From assembly GCA_902470915.1 (NCBI GenBank), contig CABRIB010000001.1, forward strand, positions 551 through 64,550: a DNA stretch of 64,000 bases, read 5' to 3'. The notes below the pieces were generated by a model. That model was not told the origin of the DNA and made no database searches. It saw nothing but the letters and a program-made list of their open reading frames with translations. This document shows positions 17,375-27,424 of this stretch, one piece after another. The stretch is from an uncultured Collinsella sp. (GTDB taxonomy: Bacteria > Actinomycetota > Coriobacteriia > Coriobacteriales > Coriobacteriaceae). Position 1 is the stretch's first letter, and each line of letters starts with the position of its first letter. The position numbers and the translations under genes were made by a program.

Positions 17375-17408
17375 GCGCCCCGCGAGCATCCGTTCGCGGG
17401 GCGCTTTG
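17375..17408 (+). terminator. Rho-independent terminator
   Basis: GCGCCCCGCGA-GCATCCGT-TCGCGGGGCGC followed by TTTG. Confidence 0.65.
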
Positions 17409-17503
17409 CACATTTGGCGGCGAGCGCGGCGAGTTGAAGAGTGATTTTGGGGTATCGTTACCTGTACTGTTAATTGGCAACTTATCTATAACGGAGTAAC
17501 CCC

Positions 17504-18583
17504 ATGAGCGCTCGCGTAACCATGAAGGACATAGCCGCCGAGCTTGGCGTTTCCATCAATACCGTGCATAAGGCCCTGACGGGCAAGGCCGGCGTGAGCG
17601 AATCCGTGCGTGCCAAGGTGAATGCCAAGGCCGAGGCCATGGGTTACCACCGCAACACAAGTGCCTCGAGCCTGCGCCGCAAGGATATCAACTTGGTGTT
17701 TTGCCTGCCCCGCGCATCGCGCGAGGGGGCGTACTTTTTCCGTTACCTTTGGGAAGGCTGCAACCGCTTTGAGCAGGAGGTCATCGATCAGGGCATTACG
17801 GTTGAGCGCGTTGAATTTGGCGTGGGTGGCTACGCCGATGCGCTCGAGCAGATTGATGAGCGTCTGCAGGTGGGCGAGAAGATTGATGGCCTGCTTGCCT
17901 ATGTTCCGGGCGATGATCGCGCGACCGAACTCTTGAGGCAGATTGCCGAGGCGGGCGTGACAATCGAGCTCGTAGACGGCGACCGCCCGCACCTCGATCG
18001 CCTGGGTGCCAGTCTGGCGGACTATTCCGCGGCGGGCAGTCTTATGGCAGAGCAGGCGGCAAATCTGGTCCACGCTTCTGGGGCTGACGCCCGCGTGCTC
18101 CTGTTGGCGGGCGACCCCTATACCGATTCACACTACCTGACCGCCCGCGCCTTTCATAATTACCTGCGCGAACACGATATTCCATGGCAGGTTGAGGACC
18201 TTGCCGGCGCCCATGCGCAAGTCAAACAGCTCGAGCGCGAGCTTGAGCAGCGCTTGAGTGCGCCGGATGCTCCCGAGCTCATCTGTAGCGTTTTTGCCGT
18301 TGGTTCCGAGGTGGTCGCCGACGCGCTTGTTTCAAGCGGCAAGGCCGGCAAGGTCATGGTAATCGGCAACGACCTGTTCCCCGAGAGCGCCTTGGCCTTG
18401 CGCCGTGGCATCTTTACCAATATTGTCTATAAGGACCCGGTGAGCCTGGCCTACCGTGGCGCCAAGACCTTGGGCGAGTATCTGCTGTGGGGTAAAACTC
18501 CGGCGGAGCCCGTGCAGAAGGGTGCTGTGGAGATGGTGTTTGCCAGCAACGTCGACCGCTACTGCGAGCTTGCGGGAATTTAG
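17504..18583 (+). CDS. LacI-family transcriptional regulator (candidate hexuronate/pectin regulon repressor)
   Basis: N-terminal HTH MKDIAAELGVSINTVHKALTGK plus a periplasmic-binding-protein-like fold. It lies immediately upstream of uxaC and its operators. Confidence 0.9.
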   Translation: MSARVTMKDIAAELGVSINTVHKALTGKAGVSESVRAKVNAKAEAMGYHRNTSASSLRRKDINLVFCLPRASREGAYFFRYLWEGCNRFEQEVIDQGITVERVEFGVGGYADALEQIDERLQVGEKIDGLLAYVPGDDRATELLRQIAEAGVTIELVDGDRPHLDRLGASLADYSAAGSLMAEQAANLVHASGADARVLLLAGDPYTDSHYLTARAFHNYLREHDIPWQVEDLAGAHAQVKQLERELEQRLSAPDAPELICSVFAVGSEVVADALVSSGKAGKVMVIGNDLFPESALALRRGIFTNIVYKDPVSLAYRGAKTLGEYLLWGKTPAEPVQKGAVEMVFASNVDRYCELAGI

Positions 18584-18611
18584 CCGTTTAGTCAGGTACC
18601 CCCTCTTGCGA

Positions 18612-18638
18612 CGTGCATTTTTTGGAGTATTCAGCAAT
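18612..18638 (-). repeat. GATGCTGAATACTC..CAAAAATGCACG motif, inverted copy
   Basis: The reverse complement of 18612-18638 matches 5429-5455 and 18778-18804. It forms an inverted pair with 18778-18804. Confidence 0.7.
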
Positions 18639-18672
18639 GGCGTGTCCCGAAAGAGGCTAGGACGACTGTTTT

Positions 18673-18711
18673 AAGTGCCCCCGATGGCGTAATTCGCCAT
18701 CGGGGGCACTT
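18673..18711 (+). terminator. Terminator-like 17-bp perfect hairpin after lacI
   Basis: AAGTGCCCCCGATGGCG-TAATT-CGCCATCGGGGGCACTT followed by ATTTAT. Confidence 0.7.
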
Positions 18712-18777
18712 ATTTATGCCGATTGGGCGCAATATGAGCATCAGATAGGGCTTCGAAGACGGTGCGCGGTGCGCTCC

Positions 18778-18804
18778 GATGCTGAATACTCCCAAAAATG
18801 CACG
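18778..18804 (+). repeat. GATGCTGAATACTC..CAAAAATGCACG motif, copy 3
   Basis: See 5429-5455. Confidence 0.7.
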
Positions 18805-18895
18805 GCGGAACATGACCCACCTGGCCAAAGCGCTCAACTTCGGTATTCGGGGACGCCTGCCAATTCGCAATACATACAAGTCACGGCTCCAGTAA

Positions 18896-18926
18896 CCGTT
18901 GAACGGGCAAAATCGACCGTTCACCC
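18896..18926. promoter_or_regulatory. Conserved upstream module CCGTTGAACGG-N8-CGACCGTTCACC
   Basis: The same arrangement recurs at 23845-23872 (CCGTTTAACGG-N7-CGACCGTTCA), upstream of the GPH transporter operon. Confidence 0.5.
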
Positions 18927-18936
18927 CATGGTGGTT

Positions 18937-18952
18937 AGGTGAACGTTCACCT
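18937..18952. promoter_or_regulatory. LacI-type operator, perfect 16-bp palindrome AGGTGAACGTTCACCT
   Basis: Perfect dyad with a central CG, ~90 bp upstream of the uxaC ATG. An identical 16-mer lies at 40760-40775. Confidence 0.7.
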
Positions 18953-18976
18953 TTTAAGTCGCAATGAACTAGTATA

Positions 18977-18988
18977 GTGAACGTTCAC
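18977..18988. promoter_or_regulatory. Second GTGAACGTTCAC operator upstream of uxaC
   Basis: 12-bp perfect palindrome, 55 bp upstream of the uxaC ATG. Confidence 0.65.
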
Positions 18989-19042
18989 CTAGAGGATAAC
19001 GAGCGTATCGTGCGCCCGCTCCGCCAACAAAGGGGTTGTTTG

Positions 19043-20470
19043 ATGAAAAACTTCATGGACGATCAGGATTTCCTGCTGAGCACCAAAACCGGTGAGGAGC
19101 TGTTCCACAACTTTGCCGAGGGCATGCCCATCGTTGACTACCACTGCCACATTTCTCCCAAGGAGATCTGGGACGACAAGCGTTTTGAGAACATCACCGA
19201 GGTTTGGCTGGGCGGTGACCACTACAAGTGGCGCCTGATGCGTGCCAACGGCGTCGACGAGCGCTTCATTACCGGCGATGCCCCTGCTCGCGAGAAGTTC
19301 CAGAAGTGGGCCGAGACCCTGGGCCGTTGCGTGGGCAACCCCGTCTTTGAGTGGAGCCACCTGGAGCTTAAGCGTTACTTTGGCTACGAGGGCGTCCTGA
19401 ACGGCAAAACCGCTCAGGAGGTCTGGGACCTTGCCAACGCCAAGCTCGCTGAGGCCAGCTTTACCTGCCGCAACCTGATCAAGCAGTCCAACGTCCGCAT
19501 GATCTGCACTACCGATGACCCCGCCGACAGCTTTGAGTGGCACAAGAAGATTGCCGCCGACGACAGTTTTGACGTTCAGGTCGTTCCCGCCATGCGCCCC
19601 GATGCCGCCCTGCGCATCGAGCGTGGCCAGGAGTTCGCCGACTACTGCAAGCATCTCTCCGAGGTTGCTGGCGTTGAGATCAGCGACTTCGAGGGCATGA
19701 AGGCCGCCATCTCCAAGCGCTACGAGGTCGCCCACGAGCTGGGCTGCCGCGCTTCCGACCACGCGCTCGACTACGTTATGTACGTTCCGGCTACCGCCGA
19801 CGAGATCGAGACTATCTTTGCCAAGGGCCTTGCCGCCGAGCCGCTTGCCGAGGACGAGGTCCTCAAGTACAAGACGGCCTTTATGCAGTTCGTCGCCGGC
19901 GAGTATGTCCGCCTTGGCTGGGCCATGCAGCTGCACTTTGGCTGCAAGCGTGACAACAACCGCGCTATGTTCGCCAAGCTCGGTCCCGACACCGGCTACG
20001 ACTGCATCTCCAACTACACGCCGTCCGACCAGCTGGCCGATTTCCTCAACTCCATCCAGGAGGCCACGGGTCTGCCCAAGACCATTCTGTACAGCCTGAA
20101 CCCCATCGACAACACCATGATCGATACCGTGATGGGCTGCTTCCAGGAGGCTCCGACCGCCGGCAAGATCCAGAACGGCTCTGCCTGGTGGTTCAACGAC
20201 AACGAGATCGGTATGCGCGAGCAGCTCACGGCTCTGGCTAACGAGGGCGTGCTGGGCAACTTTGTGGGCATGCTTACCGATTCCCGCTCCTTCCTGTCCT
20301 ACCCGCGTCATGAGTACTTCCGTCGCGTGCTGTGCGGCGTGATCGGCGAGTGGGTCGAGCAGGGCAAGTATCCGGCCGACATGGAGCTGCTGGGAGCCAT
20401 CGTGCGCGATATTAGCTACAACAACGCGGTCCGCTACTTTGGCTTTGACCTGGATACCGTCGAGGCCTAA
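19043..20470 (+). CDS. uxaC: Uronate isomerase
   Basis: MKNFMDDQDFLLST..., PIVDYHCHISPKEI, GDHYKWRLMRANGV: close to the UxaC N-terminal signature. ATG 19043 follows AAGGGG. Confidence 0.95.
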   Translation: MKNFMDDQDFLLSTKTGEELFHNFAEGMPIVDYHCHISPKEIWDDKRFENITEVWLGGDHYKWRLMRANGVDERFITGDAPAREKFQKWAETLGRCVGNPVFEWSHLELKRYFGYEGVLNGKTAQEVWDLANAKLAEASFTCRNLIKQSNVRMICTTDDPADSFEWHKKIAADDSFDVQVVPAMRPDAALRIERGQEFADYCKHLSEVAGVEISDFEGMKAAISKRYEVAHELGCRASDHALDYVMYVPATADEIETIFAKGLAAEPLAEDEVLKYKTAFMQFVAGEYVRLGWAMQLHFGCKRDNNRAMFAKLGPDTGYDCISNYTPSDQLADFLNSIQEATGLPKTILYSLNPIDNTMIDTVMGCFQEAPTAGKIQNGSAWWFNDNEIGMREQLTALANEGVLGNFVGMLTDSRSFLSYPRHEYFRRVLCGVIGEWVEQGKYPADMELLGAIVRDISYNNAVRYFGFDLDTVEA

Positions 20471-20566
20471 ACCCGCATCGAATCACACCGAACTCGGGAG
20501 CGCCGTTGCCACACGCGGCGCCCCCGTTTTGCCTGCACGCTAACAGCAATCTAAGGAGAGACATCG

Positions 20567-22081
20567 ATGGAGAACATCAGCTACGAGACGCTCGAGAAGA
20601 TTGGCTACAAGGGCTACCTGCTGCCCAAGGACGCGCCCGAGAAGGTTCTGCAGTTTGGCGAGGGCAATTTCCTGCGCGCCTTTGTCGACCGCTTCTTTGA
20701 CATGGGCAACGAGGCAACCGGCTGGAATGGCAAGGTTGTCATGGTCCAGCCCATCAGCGGTGCCTTTGGCTTTGCCGACGGCATTAACGCTCAGGATGAC
20801 CTGTACACCGTGCTGGTGCGCGGCAAGGAGAACGGCAACACGGTTGACGAGTCCCGCGTGATCAGCGCCTGCAGCCGCTGTCTCAATCCGTATCGCGAGG
20901 ACGACTACCGCGCCATGATGGAGGTCGCCGTCTCCGACGATTTGGAGATTATCGTCTCCAACACCACCGAGGCCGGTATCGCCTACGATCCGTCCTGCAA
21001 GGCCGACGACATGCCGCCCGCGAGCTTCCCCGCCAAGCTTGCCCAGGTGCTCCACACCCGCTGGGCCGCCGGCAAGCCGGGCGTCATCGTGCTCGCCTGT
21101 GAGCTCATCGATCACAACGGCGAGGAGCTGCTGCGCATCATGAACCAGTACGTGAGCGACTGGGGCTGGGAGGACGAGTTTGCGCAGTGGATGGCCAACG
21201 ACTGCACCGTCTGCACCACGCTCGTCGACACTATCGTCCCCGGCCGTATCCGCGACCCCAAGGAGGCCGCTGCCGTGGCCGAGCGCCTGGGCTACGAGGA
21301 TCCCTTCCTGGCCGTGCGCGAGCCCTTCCAGATGTGGGGTATCCAGGGCGATGAGTCGCTCAAGGAGCGTCTGCCCTTCGTGGAGGCCGGCCTGCCGGGT
21401 GTCTTTGTGACCCCCGATGTCACCCCGTACAAGAAGCGCAAGGTCCGCATCCTCAACGGCGCCCACACTGCCTTTGTTCCGGGCTCCTGGGTTGCCGGCT
21501 TTGACATCGTGCGCGATTGCATGCACGACGAGACCGTCCGTGGCTTCATGAACACCATGCTCTACGACGAGGTCATCCCGACGCTTGCCGCCGACCTGGA
21601 CGTCGAGGACTGCAAGGCCTTTGCTGCCGCCGTCGAGAACCGCTTCGACAACCCGTTTATCGACCACGCGCTGCTCTCCATTTGCCTCAACTCAACCGCC
21701 AAATGGCGTGCTCGCGACCTGCCCACGCTCAAGGACTATGTTGCCGAGACCGGCAACCTGCCCAAGTGCCTGGCGACGAGCCTCGCTACGCTCATTGCCT
21801 TCTATACGCAGGAGCTCGTTGCTCGCGAGGGCGATGGCCTGCACCTGCGCCGTGCCGACGGCACCGAGTACACCGCTCAGGACGACGCCTTCGTGCTCGA
21901 TTTCTACGCCGCCCACGCCGGTGCAGACGATGCCGAGCTGGTGCACGACGTGCTCGGCAACGAGCAGATGTGGGGCGAGGACCTTACGCAGATTGCCGGC
22001 CTTGAGGAGTTTGTCGTCAACGCGCTTGCCGTCGTGCGCGTCGAGGGCGCCAAGCAGGCCTTCGCCAACGCCCAGGCCTAA
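20567..22081 (+). CDS. uxaB: Altronate (tagaturonate) oxidoreductase
   Basis: Mannitol-dehydrogenase family. LQFGEGNFLRAFVD is the UxaB N-terminal signature. AAGGAG RBS. Confidence 0.9.
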   Translation: MENISYETLEKIGYKGYLLPKDAPEKVLQFGEGNFLRAFVDRFFDMGNEATGWNGKVVMVQPISGAFGFADGINAQDDLYTVLVRGKENGNTVDESRVISACSRCLNPYREDDYRAMMEVAVSDDLEIIVSNTTEAGIAYDPSCKADDMPPASFPAKLAQVLHTRWAAGKPGVIVLACELIDHNGEELLRIMNQYVSDWGWEDEFAQWMANDCTVCTTLVDTIVPGRIRDPKEAAAVAERLGYEDPFLAVREPFQMWGIQGDESLKERLPFVEAGLPGVFVTPDVTPYKKRKVRILNGAHTAFVPGSWVAGFDIVRDCMHDETVRGFMNTMLYDEVIPTLAADLDVEDCKAFAAAVENRFDNPFIDHALLSICLNSTAKWRARDLPTLKDYVAETGNLPKCLATSLATLIAFYTQELVAREGDGLHLRRADGTEYTAQDDAFVLDFYAAHAGADDAELVHDVLGNEQMWGEDLTQIAGLEEFVVNALAVVRVEGAKQAFANAQA

Positions 22082-22159
22082 ATCCTTCTGTGCGCCCGCC
22101 GGGCAACTGGCGGGCGCCCGCTGACTTCTGCTCAACCTGTAGGGTTAGGACTCTTTGTA

Positions 22160-23644
22160 ATGAATACTATCCAGATCAATCCGGCCGACAACGTGATCGT
22201 TGCGCTGTCGCCGCTTGCCAAGGGCACCGCCGTCGCGGTTCCCGGGGTGGGCGAGGTCGTGGCCGCGGAGGATATTCCGCAGGGCCACAAGATGGCCGTG
22301 CGCGCCATTGCGGCGGGGGAGGACGTCGTCAAGTACGGTCTTCCTATCGGCTACGTGACGGGCGACATCCAGCCCGGTCAGTGGCTTCATACGCATAACG
22401 TCAAGACTAACCTTTCGGGCGAGGTCGAGTATGCTTACAACCCGACGCATCCGGTCGTTGAGCCGGTTGAGCCCGAGACCTTTATGGGCTTCCGCCGCGC
22501 CGACGGCCGCGCCGCCACGCGCAACGAGCTGTGGATCATCCCCACGGTCGGCTGCGTCAACGAGGTCGCACGTGCCATGTGCGAGCAGGCTCAGGATCTG
22601 GTCGAGGGCTCGCTGGAGGGCGTTTACTACTTCCCGCATCCCTTTGGCTGCTCGCAGACCGGTGCCGACCATGCCCAGACGCGCCGTCTGCTGGTGGCGC
22701 TCTCGCGTCACGCAAACGCTGCGGGTGTGCTGTTCCTGTCCCTCGGTTGCGAAAACTGCACGCACCAGCAGGTACTCGACGAGCTCGGTGACTTCGATCG
22801 CGAGCGCGTTCGATTCCTCGCCTGCCAGGATGTAGCCGACGAGCAGGTCGAGGGTCACAAGATCCTGTCCGAGCTTGCCGACCTGGCCAAGCAGGCCAAG
22901 CGTGAGCCCATTCCTGCCTCCGAGCTGGTCATTGGCCTTAAGTGCGGCGGCTCTGACGGTCTTTCGGGCATTACCGCCAACCCCACGATCGGTCGCGTGA
23001 GCGATATGGTCGTCGCCCGCGGCGGCACGTCGGTGCTCACCGAGGTTCCCGAGATGTTTGGCGCGGAGAGCATTCTGCTCGATCGCTGTGAGAGCCAGGA
23101 CGTCTTTAACGCCGCTGCCGACATGCTCAACGGCTTTAAGGACTACTTTATCAGCCACGGGGAGGTCGTCTATGAGAACCCGAGCCCCGGCAACAAGGAC
23201 GGCGGCATTACCACGCTCGAGGACAAGAGCTGCGGCTGCGTGCAAAAGGGCGGATCTGCCCCCATCGTCGACGTGCTGCCGTATGCCGGTCAGGCTACCA
23301 AGCATGGCCTGAACATGCTGTGCGGCCCGGGTAACGACATGGTATCCACCACGGCCCTGACGGCTGCCGGCTGCCACGTAATCCTGTTCTCGACCGGCCG
23401 CGGCACGCCGTTTGGCGCACCGGCGCCTACACTCAAGGTGTTCACCAACCAGCGTCTGTGCGACCACAAGGCCAACTGGATGGACTTTAACGCCGGCGTG
23501 GTCGCCACGGGCGAGCGTACGCTCGACGAGGCTGCCCACGACCTGTACCAGCTGGTGCTAGAGACGGCGAGCGGCAAGCTTACGAGTGCCGAGCGCCGCG
23601 GCTGTCACGAGATCAGCATCTGGAAGGACGGCGTCTGCCTGTAG
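22160..23644 (+). CDS. uxaA: Altronate dehydratase
   Basis: SAF domain plus the UxaA/GarD C-terminal domain. PQGHKMAV, VKYGLPIGY and HTHNVKTNLS match the UxaA pattern. Confidence 0.95.
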   Translation: MNTIQINPADNVIVALSPLAKGTAVAVPGVGEVVAAEDIPQGHKMAVRAIAAGEDVVKYGLPIGYVTGDIQPGQWLHTHNVKTNLSGEVEYAYNPTHPVVEPVEPETFMGFRRADGRAATRNELWIIPTVGCVNEVARAMCEQAQDLVEGSLEGVYYFPHPFGCSQTGADHAQTRRLLVALSRHANAAGVLFLSLGCENCTHQQVLDELGDFDRERVRFLACQDVADEQVEGHKILSELADLAKQAKREPIPASELVIGLKCGGSDGLSGITANPTIGRVSDMVVARGGTSVLTEVPEMFGAESILLDRCESQDVFNAAADMLNGFKDYFISHGEVVYENPSPGNKDGGITTLEDKSCGCVQKGGSAPIVDVLPYAGQATKHGLNMLCGPGNDMVSTTALTAAGCHVILFSTGRGTPFGAPAPTLKVFTNQRLCDHKANWMDFNAGVVATGERTLDEAAHDLYQLVLETASGKLTSAERRGCHEISIWKDGVCL

Positions 23645-23677
23645 CGGTAAATGGGTTCGCATAGGGCGCTATTGACC

Positions 23678-23718
23678 ATGGCCCCGTCGGGAGTGTTCCC
23701 GGCGGGGCCATGTTTGTT
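23678..23718 (+). terminator. Rho-independent terminator of uxaCBA
   Basis: ATGGCCCCGTCGGGA-GTGT-TCCCGGCGGGGCCAT followed by GTTTGTT. Confidence 0.75.
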
Positions 23719-23844
23719 CTGTCTGTTCGGGCGTGTCTTTCTGAGGGTACGGGAGCGGCGAAAACAATAAACGTTCACCTAATCGACCTCAAATTTAAAC
23801 CCACTCAATACCCATGTAATCGTGATTTTTTTCAAGTCAGGTGT

Positions 23845-23872
23845 CCGTTTAACGGCAAAAAACGACCGTTCA
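23845..23872. promoter_or_regulatory. Conserved upstream module CCGTTTAACGG-N7-CGACCGTTCA
   Basis: Paralogous to 18896-18926. Confidence 0.5.
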
Positions 23873-23886
23873 AGGATAATATACAA

Positions 23887-23898
23887 GTGAACGTTCAC
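23887..23898. promoter_or_regulatory. GTGAACGTTCAC operator upstream of the GPH transporter operon
   Basis: Perfect 12-bp palindrome. Half-sites AAACGTTCACC lie at 23769-23779 and 23928-23939. Confidence 0.65.
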
Positions 23899-24023
23899 CT
23901 ATCATACGCAATCGCGCATAATCTAGCTAAACGTTCACCCTACGAGTGGGCGATATGCAGACAGACATCGGTATGGACTCCAATGTCTTGTTACAAGACA
24001 ATCGAGAAAAGAGAGGGAGCTCG

Positions 24024-25583
24024 ATGACTAACAAGATCGGTAAAAAGCGCAAGATCACATTCTGGACGCGCTTGGGCTTTGGTATGGGCGGCATGCTCAA
24101 CTCCGGTGCCCTGAGCTTTACGCACAGCTACATGGTGCTGTTCCTGTCCACGGAGTGTGGTCTGTCCGCAGGCGAGGCTGCGCTGATCAGCTCGTTCGCC
24201 ATCTATCTCAACGCCATTCTGTGCCCGCTCATGGGCTTTGTGGCCGATAACTTCTACGCTACTAAGATCGGCCGCATCTTTGGCCGCCGCCGTTTCTGGA
24301 TCTTGCTGGCTATCCCGATGATGGTCGCCGAGCCGCTCATCTTTGTGGCTACGCCGTTTGGTTTCCCGTACTACTTTGTGTTGTACCTGATCTACAACGT
24401 CGCGTACACGTTCTGCACCGCCAACCTGTCGCCGCTTACCATCGAGATGACCGATGACTTCAAGGAGCGTACGTACCTCACCGGCTACAAGCACCTCTTT
24501 GGTAACGCCGCCGGCTTCCTGATGGCAGCACTCGTCGGCTTTGGCTTTGGCACCTTCGGCGAGACCAACCCGTTCAGCTACTTCATTATTGCTACGATTA
24601 ACGCTTCGGTCATGGCAATCTCGCTGCTCTGCGTGTACCTGTCCACGTGGGAGCACACCCCCGAGGAGGTCGCTCAGGAGAAGATCGAGAGCGTCGGCGA
24701 GGGTATCAAGAAGTTTTTCATCGACGTTATCTCTACCTTCCGCAACAAGTCCTTCCGCAAGGTCCTGTATGCGCAGGTCTCCACGAAGCTCGCCGCTGCC
24801 TGCTGGTCTGCGTGCCTGTCCTTCTTCATCGTCTACTGTCTGCAGATTCCTAAGTCCTACGAGTCCGTGATGGAGATGCCCGGCAAGGTCGTCGCTATCG
24901 TCTGCACTGCCATCTGGGTCGCCCTCATGGCCAAGAAGGGCTTCCACAAGTCTTGGTACCTGGCAAACGTCGGTTGCGCCGCGTGCATCATCGCCTACAA
25001 CTACTTCGCCTTTGGTCAGATCAACGGCACCTCCACGGTCGCCATCGCCATGATCGCCTACCCCATCATCTTCGCCATCTGGAAGTTCTTCTACGTTGGC
25101 TTCCAGTATCTGCCCGATGTTCTGCTCAACTACATCCCCGATGTCGATGAGCTCATCACCCTGCGTCGTCGCGAGGGCATCTACAGCTCCGCACAGCAGC
25201 TCTGCCAGCAGATCGCCCAGGCTGTTGCCGTCAACGTATGGGCTATCGTCCTTGCTGCCTCCGGCTTCATTCAGACCGCCGGCAACAGCGACGCCGTGAC
25301 CCAGCCCGCCACCGTGCCTCTGTACATCTGCGGCTACATGCTCATCGGCTGCGCCGGCTTCTTCCTGCTCGCGGCCGTCCTTGCCCGCGGCATCAAGATC
25401 GACAAGGAGCAGTGCGACATCCTTTGCGACGAGATCCACCGTGTCAAGGAGGGTGGCAAGATGGCCGACGTCAAGCCCGAGGTCAAGGCGCTTTGCGAGG
25501 AGCTCTCCGGCTTTAAGTACGAGGACTGCTTCGCCCACAACAATGTTGGCTTCCAGGACGGCAGCGTAATTCCCGCCGAGTAG
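24024..25583 (+). CDS. Glycoside-pentoside-hexuronide (GPH/MelB-like) cation symporter, probable oligogalacturonide importer
   Basis: About 12 TM segments, with the GPH-like N-terminus KITFWTRLGFGMGGMLNSGA. ATG 24024 follows AGAGGGAG. Confidence 0.85.
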   Translation: MTNKIGKKRKITFWTRLGFGMGGMLNSGALSFTHSYMVLFLSTECGLSAGEAALISSFAIYLNAILCPLMGFVADNFYATKIGRIFGRRRFWILLAIPMMVAEPLIFVATPFGFPYYFVLYLIYNVAYTFCTANLSPLTIEMTDDFKERTYLTGYKHLFGNAAGFLMAALVGFGFGTFGETNPFSYFIIATINASVMAISLLCVYLSTWEHTPEEVAQEKIESVGEGIKKFFIDVISTFRNKSFRKVLYAQVSTKLAAACWSACLSFFIVYCLQIPKSYESVMEMPGKVVAIVCTAIWVALMAKKGFHKSWYLANVGCAACIIAYNYFAFGQINGTSTVAIAMIAYPIIFAIWKFFYVGFQYLPDVLLNYIPDVDELITLRRREGIYSSAQQLCQQIAQAVAVNVWAIVLAASGFIQTAGNSDAVTQPATVPLYICGYMLIGCAGFFLLAAVLARGIKIDKEQCDILCDEIHRVKEGGKMADVKPEVKALCEELSGFKYEDCFAHNNVGFQDGSVIPAE

Positions 25584-25607
25584 GGCAGGCGCATCGTCCA
25601 AACCACA

Positions 25608-25651
25608 GGGCCGTGCCACCGGAGATCCACCGGCGGGTGCGGCCCTTTTTT
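25608..25651 (+). terminator. Terminator-like hairpin (partial or leaky) between the transporter and GH28
   Basis: GGGCCG...CGGCCC imperfect stem followed by TTTTTT. Confidence 0.45.
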
Positions 25652-25697
25652 AAAAACGAGTAGTATGAACTTCTGATTACATTTGAGGGAGAGACCC

Positions 25698-27293
25698 ATG
25701 GAGACGAACGTTATCTGGCGCAATGCCCGCGCGGCCGTTATCGAGCTCGACGATGGCGGCTACTTTACCTGTGCCGATACGTGGGAGATCTTTGTCAACG
25801 ATGAGCCCGCCGGTACCACGAATACGGTCGAGACCTATGTCGATGGCCTGACCCCCGGCAAGCGCAACCTGATCCGCTTTGTCTGCGGCGAGCGCGAGTT
25901 GAGCGTAGGCGTCACCACGCCGGCGGAGCCCTTTACCATCAACGTTCGCGACTGCGGAGCCAAGGGCGATGCCGAGCACGATGACACCACCAACATTCAG
26001 GCTGCCATCATGGCCTGCCCCAAGGGCGGGCGCGTGCTGATCCCCGCCGGCAACTACCGCATCAAGTCCCTCTTCCTTAAGAGCAATATCAACATCGAGC
26101 TTGCCGAGGGCGCGGTGCTGCTGGCCCGTCACGACCGCGCGGCGCTTGCCTACATTCCGGGCACGGTCACGGGCGACGAGGGCGCCGGGTATGCCGGCAC
26201 CGACATGCTGCCCCTGGGCCGCTGGGAGGGCGAGAGCTTCTCGACCTACTGTTCGACCTTTACGGGCCTGAGCGTGCACGACGTGTGCATCTATGGCCGC
26301 GGCGCCATCGACGGCCAGACCGATTTTGCCGAGGACAACTGGTGGAACAAGGACTTTAAGAACATCTTCCGTCCCGAGGAGGGCCGCGAGGTCGCCCGCC
26401 CGCGCATGATTTTCCTGTCCGAGTGCGAAAACGTGAGCCTTGCCGGCTTTACCGTGCGCAACAGCCCGGCGTGGAATATCCATCCCATTCTGTGCGAGCA
26501 CGTCGATGCCCTGTGCCTGTCCATCGAGGGTCCCAAGAACTCCCACAACACCGACGGTTTCGATCCCGAGAGCTGCGGTTTTGTCCGCATCCTTGGCTGC
26601 CAGTTCTCGGTGGGGGACGACTGCATCGCCATCAAGAGCGGCAAACTGGGCATTGAACCCGAGCTCCGTCCCGCCACGCACGACGTGCTGATCTCGCACT
26701 GCTACATGCACGACGGCCACGGCGCCGTGGTGCTGGGATCCGAGGCCGCCGGCGGCATCAAGGACCTCACCGTGAGCAAGTGCCTCTTTGAGCGCACCGA
26801 CCGCGGCCTGCGCGTCAAGACACGCCGCGGACGCGGCAAGGACGCCGTCAACGAGGGCATCACCTTCGAGCACATTCGCATGGATAAGGTGCTCACGCCC
26901 TTCGTGGTCAACTCGTTCTACTTCTGCGACAAGGACGGCAAGACCGACTACGTGCAGTCTCGCGAGGCGCTGCCCGTCGACGACCGTACGCCCGGCTTTG
27001 GCGCCACGACGTTTTGCGATATCGAGGCCACCAACTGCCATGCGGCCGCGGCCTATATCACGGGCCTTCCCGAGAGCAAGGTGACGCGCCTGACGTTCCA
27101 GGATGTCCATGTGACCTTTGCCGCCGATGCCGAGCCCTTTGTGCCGGCCATGGCCTGCGGCGTGGAGCCCATGGTGCGCCAGGGCATCATCGCGCAGAAC
27201 GTGAAAGTCCTCGACCTGCAGAACGTGCGCATCGAGGGTCAGGATGGCGACGAGCTGCAGCTGCAAAACGTCGACAAGGTTATCCGCGCGTAG
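25698..27293 (+). CDS. GH28 polygalacturonase (no signal peptide; probably a cytoplasmic exo-acting enzyme)
   Basis: GH28 signature blocks NTDGFDPESC, GDDCIAIKSG, GHGAVVLGSE and RGLRVKTRRG. ATG 25698 follows GAGGGAGAG. Confidence 0.9.
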   Translation: METNVIWRNARAAVIELDDGGYFTCADTWEIFVNDEPAGTTNTVETYVDGLTPGKRNLIRFVCGERELSVGVTTPAEPFTINVRDCGAKGDAEHDDTTNIQAAIMACPKGGRVLIPAGNYRIKSLFLKSNINIELAEGAVLLARHDRAALAYIPGTVTGDEGAGYAGTDMLPLGRWEGESFSTYCSTFTGLSVHDVCIYGRGAIDGQTDFAEDNWWNKDFKNIFRPEEGREVARPRMIFLSECENVSLAGFTVRNSPAWNIHPILCEHVDALCLSIEGPKNSHNTDGFDPESCGFVRILGCQFSVGDDCIAIKSGKLGIEPELRPATHDVLISHCYMHDGHGAVVLGSEAAGGIKDLTVSKCLFERTDRGLRVKTRRGRGKDAVNEGITFEHIRMDKVLTPFVVNSFYFCDKDGKTDYVQSREALPVDDRTPGFGATTFCDIEATNCHAAAAYITGLPESKVTRLTFQDVHVTFAADAEPFVPAMACGVEPMVRQGIIAQNVKVLDLQNVRIEGQDGDELQLQNVDKVIRA

Positions 27294-27424
27294 GGTAGTG
27301 CTCCTGCACAAGTGAATACGGCATGTTGAGGCGTGCGACGGTCGGGTCTGCCCGGCTGTCGCACGCAATCTATAGGTGCCGGCATTGCATGGTGGGTGTT
27401 CTGTGACAGAAAGCGTAATGACAG

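Noticed and set aside
22092-22117. Hairpin GCGCCCGCC-GGGCAACT-GGCGGGCGC after uxaB as a terminator.
   Set aside because: It has no U-tract and lies between co-regulated uxaB and uxaA, so it is probably just a stabilising or processing hairpin. Support is not strong enough to list it as a feature.
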